DNA from: an uncultured Gemmatimonadales bacterium
GTDB taxonomy: Bacteria; Gemmatimonadota; Gemmatimonadetes; Gemmatimonadales; Gemmatimonadaceae
Length of the DNA: 64,000 nucleotides
Direction: 5' to 3'
NCBI GenBank assembly: GCA_963850905.1
Contig: CAWKMU010000003.1
Coordinates: forward strand, 416,001-480,000
Part shown: positions 58,049-64,000 of the stretch, piece after piece
Layout: each line of letters begins with the position of its first letter
Position numbering within the stretch: position 1 is the stretch's first letter
Made by a program: the position numbers and the translations under genes
Notes under the pieces: generated by a model
What the model saw: the letters and a program-made list of their open reading frames with translations, nothing else
The model's database searches: none
What the model was told of the DNA's origin: nothing

Positions 58049-58190
58049 CCGGGGCAGGGGTCGGGGAACAAACCGAAAGACGGATCACGACACGCCGCGC
58101 CCGGCCTTGGACCGGTAGGGGCGACGCATTGCGTCGCCCGCCGTTGCCATTGCGGTTGTCGTTCCCAGACCCCTGATCCCGACCCCGCAG
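58049..58190. repeat. Composite heptamer-arm repeat with a GTAG REP (58115-58139)
   Basis: GGGGCAGGGGTCGGGGAACAAA...REP...GTTCCCAGACCCCTGATCCCGACCCCG; homologous to 9642-9808. Confidence 0.8.
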
Positions 58191-58214
58191 GTGCCGCCAT
58201 GGTATTTTTCGCCT

Positions 58215-58919
58215 ATGCGCCCCAACGCCATCGTCCTCTTGAGCGGCGGGCTGGACTCGACGACGCTCCTCGCGTCGGTGCTGCGCGAAGGCTATCGCCC
58301 CACGGCGTTGACATTTCGCTACGGTCAACGCCATGAGCACGAGATCCAGGCCGCCACGCGCGTGGCAGCGCACTATGGCGTCACCCACCGGATCGTCGAG
58401 CTCGATCTGCGGGCCACCGGCGGATCGGCGCTCACCGCCGACATCCCGGTGCCCAAGGATCGGCCGCTCGGAAAGCTCGGCTCCGACATCCCGATCACGT
58501 ACGTACCAGCGCGGAACACGATTTTCTTGTCGTTCGCGCTGGCGTGGGCCGAGGTGCTCGGCGCGCACGACATCTTCATCGGCGTCAACGCCCTCGACAG
58601 CAGTGGCTATCCAGACTGTCGCCCCGAATTCATCGCGGCATTCGAGCGCGTGGCCAACCTCGCGACGCGCAGCGGCGTCGAGGACCATGCGCCGATGCGC
58701 ATCCGCGCACCGCTCATCGGGATGACGAAGCGCGAGATCGTGCTCCTCGGACGCGCACTAGGCGTCGATCACGCAATGACCACGAGTTGCTACGATCCCG
58801 ACCCGTCCGGCGCGGCCTGCGGCCGCTGCGACGCGTGCCAGCTGCGTCTGCGAGGGTTTGCCGAGGCAGCGCTAGTCGACCCGATTGCGTACCAGCACAC
58901 ATCCCTCACGCCTGGGTGA
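58215..58919 (+). CDS. queC: 7-cyano-7-deazaguanine synthase
   Basis: [28 protein letters not shown]...CGRCDAC. Confidence 0.95.
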   Translation: MRPNAIVLLSGGLDSTTLLASVLREGYRPTALTFRYGQRHEHEIQAATRVAAHYGVTHRIVELDLRATGGSALTADIPVPKDRPLGKLGSDIPITYVPARNTIFLSFALAWAEVLGAHDIFIGVNALDSSGYPDCRPEFIAAFERVANLATRSGVEDHAPMRIRAPLIGMTKREIVLLGRALGVDHAMTTSCYDPDPSGAACGRCDACQLRLRGFAEAALVDPIAYQHTSLTPG

Positions 58920-58933
58920 GCGCGGTCTCGTCG

Positions 58934-59581
58934 ATGTATACGGTCAAAGAGATCTTCTACACGCTCCAGGGCGAAGGCGCGCACACGGGTCGACCGGCAG
59001 TTTTTCTGCGCTTTGCCGGGTGCAATCTGTGGACGGGACGGGAAGAAGATCGTGCGCAGGCCGTCTGCCAATTCTGCGACACCGATTTTGTCGGCACCGG
59101 CCCGGACGGCGGACGCTTCGCGCAGCCGTCGGGCCTCGCCGACGCCGTCGAGGATCGCTGGCGCTCCGGCACGCGCGAGCGCGGCGCAGCGTCCGTGCAG
59201 CGGTTCGTCGTCTGCACCGGCGGTGAGCCACTGCTGCAGCTCGACGAACCGCTGATCGATGCGCTGCACGCGCGTGGCTTCACCGTCGCCATCGAGACGA
59301 ACGGCACGATGCAGCCGCCCCCGGGCATCGACTGGACGTGCGTGTCACCCAAGGCGGACGCGCAACTCACCCTGCGCCGCGGCGATGAGCTCAAGCTCGT
59401 CTTCCCGCAGACAGGCGGTGAGCCGGAGCGCTTCGCGGACCTCGACTTCCGGCATTTCTTCCTACAGCCCATGGACGGACCCGCCGTGGTAGCCAACACA
59501 CGCGAGGCGGTCGCGTACTGCCTCGCTCATCCGCAGTGGCGTCTCAGTCTGCAAACGCACAAGATGCTCGGCATCCGATGA
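58934..59581 (+). CDS. queE: 7-carboxy-7-deazaguanine synthase (Cx14Cx2C type)
   Basis: EIFYTLQGEG, CNLW..x14..CQFCDT, TGGEP, IETNG, LQTHK. Confidence 0.95.
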   Translation: MYTVKEIFYTLQGEGAHTGRPAVFLRFAGCNLWTGREEDRAQAVCQFCDTDFVGTGPDGGRFAQPSGLADAVEDRWRSGTRERGAASVQRFVVCTGGEPLLQLDEPLIDALHARGFTVAIETNGTMQPPPGIDWTCVSPKADAQLTLRRGDELKLVFPQTGGEPERFADLDFRHFFLQPMDGPAVVANTREAVAYCLAHPQWRLSLQTHKMLGIR

Positions 59582-59983
59582 CGGACCGACACGAGCGCTC
59601 GACCGCGTCGCGCCTCGAAGTCTTTGTCGAGTTCCATTTCGAGGCAGCGCATCAACTGCCGGGCGTGCCGGCCGATCACATGTGTGCGCGGCTCCACGGA
59701 CACTCCTATGGCGTGCGTGTGTCCGTCGTCGGACCCATCGACGCTGGATCAGGCTGGGTCATCGACTACGGCACAATCACCGCCGCTATCGAGCCGCTGC
59801 GCGGCCGCCTCGACCACCGCTGCCTCAATGACATCGCCGGTCTCGAAAACCCAACGAGCGAGAATCTTGCAGTGTGGTTGTGGCAGCACCTCGAGCCCGC
59901 AATCCAGGGGCTGCACGCAATCGAGGTGCGTGAGATGGCTGGGTTGGGCTGCATTCTATCGCGGACCAGGCTGGGTCGTCTAA
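59578..59983 (+). CDS. queD: 6-carboxytetrahydropterin synthase (apparent +1 indel near 59955)
   Basis: FEAAH, CARLHGHSY, LDH..LN, ENPTSENLA; corrected end GCIYRGPGWVV*. Confidence 0.9.
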
Positions 59984-59994
59984 ATTCACCTGTG

Positions 59995-60708
59995 ATGGCA
60001 TACGGTCGAGCTCGATTACTCGGATGCGTGCTTGCGTCCGTCATGGTGCCTGCCTGCAAGGCTGGCGCGCAGGCAAGGCTACCCGCAGCGCTGCGCGGAG
60101 AGAGTCGTGACAGCGCTGTGGCGGTCGCGCCGCGACAAGCGCAACCCATCGGTTCCGATGCGCTGGGCCCGGACGTATCCTCCGCAATTACGCTGACCGC
60201 GCCAATCTCGGCGTCGACCCCAGCCGACTTGCCGCGCCCCTTCGCCGCATTCAGCCTATCAGCGCGATCCCTCGGCGATTCGCTCGTCGCGCTCGCGCGC
60301 GCGCAGATCGGACGGAGGTATCGTTTCGGTGGTACGACTCCGGAGCACGGGTTCGACTGCAGTGGACTCGTACGCTACGTCCTGGCCATGCTGCACGTGC
60401 CACTGCCACGAACGGCCAAAGAGCAGGCGCGTACGGGAGCCTTCGTCGAGCGAGACACCGCGCAGCTGCGTCCGGGCGACCTCGTCACGTTTGGCTCGCC
60501 TCGACGTATCTCGCACATCGGGATCTATGTCGGCGGCGGGCGCTTCGTGCAGGCGAGCAGCAAGGCCGGACGTGTGATCGAAACGCCGCTCAACCGGCGA
60601 CCGGCCCCCGGCGTCAAGCCGTGGCGTGGCGCACGACGCGTGGTGGCCCCAGACTCCGTACCCGAGTTCCCTCCCTCGACGAGCACGACTCAGGACGACG
60701 ACGGCTGA
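59995..60708 (+). CDS. NlpC/P60 (C40) cell-wall peptidase
   Basis: YRFGG, GFDCSGLV, LPRTA, PGDLV.F, HIGIYVG; signal-like N-terminus. Confidence 0.88.
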   Translation: MAYGRARLLGCVLASVMVPACKAGAQARLPAALRGESRDSAVAVAPRQAQPIGSDALGPDVSSAITLTAPISASTPADLPRPFAAFSLSARSLGDSLVALARAQIGRRYRFGGTTPEHGFDCSGLVRYVLAMLHVPLPRTAKEQARTGAFVERDTAQLRPGDLVTFGSPRRISHIGIYVGGGRFVQASSKAGRVIETPLNRRPAPGVKPWRGARRVVAPDSVPEFPPSTSTTQDDDG

Positions 60709-62147
60709 GGGGCCACTCGCGTGCCTCGCGGTAGCAGTTGATGGGTTGATACGGGCGACGGGTGCGTCGCCCTTTTTTGTGATCGCCCCGGACTCGCGCG
60801 CCGCGTCACCGCGCCGGTCTCTCGATCCACCGCCACACCCGTTCGCGGAAAATCGAGGCGGCTCAGCGAGTCGACCAGCACCAGCGCGCGTCGTCGCTTC
60901 GTATCCTCGCGCACAATCCCCGCGTCGACCTGCCGGGTCGGACGCAGCACCACGGCGTGCGGCCGCCCGGTGGAGTCGAGCGTGGCGCACATCACCGCGC
61001 TGCGATCCATGGGCTCGCGCAGGTCGAAGGGCCCGTAGTTGAGCAGGTTCCCCAGCGAATAGAAGATCAGCGCATCGTGACGCCACTCGGCCGCACGCAG
61101 CACGTGCGGGCCGTGGCCGATCACGAGCCCCGCACCTGCGTCTACCGCCACGTGTGCAAACGCGATCGGATTGCCGCGGCGCTCGCCGACGAATTGTTCG
61201 AGAGAATCCGGCGTGCGCTGCGCCAGTCGCCCCTCGGCACCGAGGTGTGCCGTCACGACGACACGGCGATAACGCGCTGCGGCCCTCGACACGAGGCGTC
61301 GCACGGCGGCGGTATCCTCGACCCCCGGATCAGACCACGCGCTGAACCCGAGAATCGCCGTCGTGTCACCCGCCGGCGTCGCGACGAGCGTCGGCGTCGT
61401 ATCGGCACCCGTGACCAGGAGACCGGCGCTATCGAGAAGCGCGACGGTCATCGCAAATCCCGCATCTCCCGCGTCTCGCGTGTGGTTGTTCGCGACGTTC
61501 GCGACGACGACCGCCGGTGTGTCGGCCAGCGTGCGTAGCGCGCGAGCCGCCATGGGACTCGAGCGGAGCGAGTAACACGTCGGATGTCCCGGCAGACACT
61601 TGGGATCGATGACTGGGCCACCGCCGATCGCGCCCTCGGCGTTGACCAACACCAGACTCGCACCGGCCACGATGCCGCGAAGCGGCGCTACGAGGGTCTC
61701 GCGCGATGCGAGGTGCGCATCGACGAGGCTGTCGGATACGGGAAGCGAATCCGCCACGAGACCGGTCATCCTCCGAATCCACGCGGTATCCATATTCGAT
61801 CCCAACGTGACGTCGCCACCGGCGCACAGGCGCACGCCTGAATCGCCTTCGGGGAGCGTTGCGGTTGTCGTTCCGGTTGTCGTTCCCCTGACCCCTGGCC
61901 CCTGACCCCTGACCCCTGTACCGCGACCCGCTGCGCGGGCGTGCTCGCCGCGCCCGCCTGTCGGTGACGCAGCGACGAGCCCCGCGAGAGCGACCACCAG
62001 CGCGGACGCACCACGTGAGAGGATGAGCGATCTCCGGAATGGGCCGCGGCTAGAATAAGCGCCGGGGCGCACCGGCGCGACCGGGGTCTCACACCGCGTT
62101 GGACGTTGATCGGGCCGCGTGGGCGTCCTCAAGGCGGCCCAGCCCAT
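60690..62147 (-). CDS. CapA/PGA_cap family metallophosphatase-fold protein (start uncertain)
   Basis: GGDVTLG, VNAEG, ANNH..D, H.GAE, GHGPHV, YSLGN. Confidence 0.85.
   Translation of the reverse strand: MGWAALRTPTRPDQRPTRCETPVAPVRPGAYSSRGPFRRSLILSRGASALVVALAGLVAASPTGGRGEHARAAGRGTGVRGQGPGVRGTTTGTTTATLPEGDSGVRLCAGGDVTLGSNMDTAWIRRMTGLVADSLPVSDSLVDAHLASRETLVAPLRGIVAGASLVLVNAEGAIGGGPVIDPKCLPGHPTCYSLRSSPMAARALRTLADTPAVVVANVANNHTRDAGDAGFAMTVALLDSAGLLVTGADTTPTLVATPAGDTTAILGFSAWSDPGVEDTAAVRRLVSRAAARYRRVVVTAHLGAEGRLAQRTPDSLEQFVGERRGNPIAFAHVAVDAGAGLVIGHGPHVLRAAEWRHDALIFYSLGNLLNYGPFDLREPMDRSAVMCATLDSTGRPHAVVLRPTRQVDAGIVREDTKRRRALVLVDSLSRLDFPRTGVAVDRETGAVTRRASPGRSQKRATHPSPVSTHQLLPRGTRVAPQPSSS
60753..60778 (+). 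terminator. Rho-independent terminator built on a REP-like stem
   Basis: GGGCGACG-ggtg-CGTCGCCC-TTTTTT just after the NlpC/P60 gene. Confidence 0.55.
61858..61918. repeat. Right half of the composite repeat within the CapA CDS
   Basis: GTTGCGGTTGTCGTTCC..GTTCCCC(TGACCCC)n, matching 9749-9800. Confidence 0.75.
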
Positions 62148-62162
62148 CCTCGGGACGGCGTG

Positions 62163-63866
62163 CTACCGGACGTCGCCGGCCTCTACGGGCTCGACCCGAA
62201 AAAGCGTCACGTCGCCCACCCGCTCCACGGGCCGCGCGCCTTCACTCAGCAGCCGCGTCGCTCGGGGGCTGGCGCCCGCCTCCACGATGTAGTCGTAGTC
62301 GTGACCAATCCGTCGCCAATCGAGCGGAGCAAAGTCGGTCAACCCCCATCGATCGGCCGGCTCGTAGAGATGGTTCCGCTCGACGAAATGCATCAAGAAC
62401 CCGTGGGCCGGCCGGCCGTTGCCCTCCCCGTTCCCATTGAACAAGCCGGGCGCGCGGCCACCGTGCTCGATGACGAACCAAAAGACGAAGTGCCGGTAGG
62501 GAAATACCCGCACACCGTGCCGCTCGCCATCTGCGACGATCGGCAGCACATGACTCCCGGACGGCACTGCGGCCAGCACGGCGCGGTAGTTCGCCAACTC
62601 GTGCTCGATCGTCCGCACCGACCGGCCAATCACCGCATCGTGCAGCAGGCATCCCGCGAGCATGAGTGCGGTCACGGCGCGTGGCGGCGCGACCCCCTGT
62701 GCCTCCGCGGCGCAAAACGGCCAGAGCAAGAGGGGTGGAAGCCAGCGCATGTCGAGATAGCCGGTCCCCGGCGTTCCAGCCGGGAAGCAGATGAACAACA
62801 GCAAACACGTAAGCGCGGCCAGGAGAAACACACTCACCGGTCTCCGCTGCGCCAACACGCGTCGGTTGGCCGCCAGAAACGCGAGGACCATTCCGCCGTA
62901 CACGGCCATCGTGATCGCCATCTGACCGAGCGAGAAGACGTAGAAGACCGAGAAAACATTGCGCAGCTTGTGCAATGGGGGCGGGTAGTCCAGTCCCGCG
63001 CCGCGCGGCGCCGCGGCGGCCGCACCGATGCCTCCCGCGAGACACATCACCGCGACGACGATCGTCGCGCCGGCGACGAACAGCAGCCGGCGATCCTGGC
63101 GCAGCCAGGCAACGATGCCGTCGCCCGTGGCTCCGTTCTCCCGTCCCGTGTGCTCCTGCCGCACGCGCACGAGCGCGCGCACCGCGTCGACCCACAGGAA
63201 CACCAGCACGATCAACGGCGCGGCCAGGTGGATCAGATAGAGGAGAATGAGACCGAGCCAGAGCGCGAGCGTGCGCGCGCGCGACGGCGCGCGACGCACC
63301 GGCCACCATGCCGCCAACCACGCCATCGCCGCGCCGAGTCCGATGACATAGTTGACGAAGCCGACGACCGTGAAGAACCCCATGCCGATCAGGACGCCGA
63401 CCAGCGACCACGCAAGGTTGGCTCGTCCTGCCGCCCGCAGCAGGAACCAGAAGCCGATCGGTACGGCGCAGACGACGAGCACCGCCAACGCGTGAAGCGC
63501 GAAACGCGGCCCGCCAACGTGCACCAGCGCCGCCCCGAGCACATCGAGGCCAAGATAGGGCCCCAGCCTGAAGTGCGTCTCGATGTACGACGGCACGGGC
63601 CCGGATTGACCACCGAACCACGCGCGATCCAGCATGACGTATCGCGCCAGATTGTTGGTCACATCCTCGAACGGGAATTGCCTGACCGACAGCGCCAGCA
63701 CGAGGTGGGCGACGACGCCGGCGACGAGCGCGGCGCTCGCGAGCATCGGAGTCGTCGGCCGGCCGGCGATACGACGGACGAGATCGTACCACGCGCCTCG
63801 ACGCGATGCGACGGCGGCCGGCTGCGGCACCGAACCTCCGGCGGCCGCGTGTGTCACAGGAACCAC
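62163..63866 (-). CDS. Multi-pass membrane protein, possibly GT-C-like (start uncertain)
   Basis: About 11 hydrophobic segments, early PFED motif, GFVNYVIG, C-terminal soluble region ending in YDYIV. Confidence 0.6.
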   Translation of the reverse strand: MVPVTHAAAGGSVPQPAAVASRRGAWYDLVRRIAGRPTTPMLASAALVAGVVAHLVLALSVRQFPFEDVTNNLARYVMLDRAWFGGQSGPVPSYIETHFRLGPYLGLDVLGAALVHVGGPRFALHALAVLVVCAVPIGFWFLLRAAGRANLAWSLVGVLIGMGFFTVVGFVNYVIGLGAAMAWLAAWWPVRRAPSRARTLALWLGLILLYLIHLAAPLIVLVFLWVDAVRALVRVRQEHTGRENGATGDGIVAWLRQDRRLLFVAGATIVVAVMCLAGGIGAAAAAPRGAGLDYPPPLHKLRNVFSVFYVFSLGQMAITMAVYGGMVLAFLAANRRVLAQRRPVSVFLLAALTCLLLFICFPAGTPGTGYLDMRWLPPLLLWPFCAAEAQGVAPPRAVTALMLAGCLLHDAVIGRSVRTIEHELANYRAVLAAVPSGSHVLPIVADGERHGVRVFPYRHFVFWFVIEHGGRAPGLFNGNGEGNGRPAHGFLMHFVERNHLYEPADRWGLTDFAPLDWRRIGHDYDYIVEAGASPRATRLLSEGARPVERVGDVTLFRVEPVEAGDVR

Positions 63867-64000
63867 CGACGATCGATTACCAGCCTGGGCGGATGCCGAC
63901 GCTCAGGGTGGAGTACGCGTGCTGCGGGGGACCGGTGGTATACTCGCGTTGGCGCGTGATCGCGCGGTATTCGACTTCGAAGCGGCCCAGTTGTGCTCCG

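Noticed and set aside
58022..58214. preQ1 riboswitch upstream of queC
   Set aside because: The region is occupied by the composite repeat, and no preQ1 stem with an A-rich tail is visible
58215..59983. queCED as a DNA deazapurine modification (dpd) system
   Set aside because: No dpdA/tgt paralogue or dpd genes nearby; consistent with ordinary queuosine precursor synthesis. The Cx14Cx2C QueE variant is already known.
59536..60708. Apparent QueD-NlpC/P60 fusion (390 aa)
   Set aside because: Deleting one base at ~59955 restores a normal QueD end (GCIYRG..., TAA 59983) with a separate ATG at 59995. It has the same ATTC error pattern as the CDF gene.

Overview
High-GC core-chromosome segment. 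Gene content and style resemble Gemmatimonadota (inference, not searched). It holds about 50 housekeeping and envelope genes: an M16 protease pair, Fpg/Nei, tRNA-Arg(CCG), rho-ruvX-mltG-thiE, tdh-kbl, an NtrY/NtrC-like two-component locus, PBP1A-PHP-amidohydrolase-ilvE-HNH, acnA, a Ser/Thr kinase, aguB-aguA and queC-queE-queD. No integrase, transposase or CRISPR array was seen. Several genes are broken by small indels that look like assembly errors. Four things stand out. (1) The 1.3 kb 'intergenic' gap at 12840-14140 appears to hold a sigma70-type promoter, a ~500-nt hairpin-dense leader and a 30-aa Lys/Arg-rich microprotein, converging on a strong hairpin with a 49-aa ORF that has a sigma54-type promoter. 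(2) A 1004-aa ORF continues a complete sigma54 activator in frame into a signal peptide and an Omp85-like barrel, with the HTH end (MRRLGI) doubling as the signal n-region. (3) A dense family of GTAG-type REP palindromes sits nested in heptamer-repeat inverted arms, including 141-bp REP doublets and copies translated in frame inside secreted proteins. (4) There is a divergent SpeD-like protein and a patatin-ferredoxin fusion. All product calls are from motif recognition by eye.
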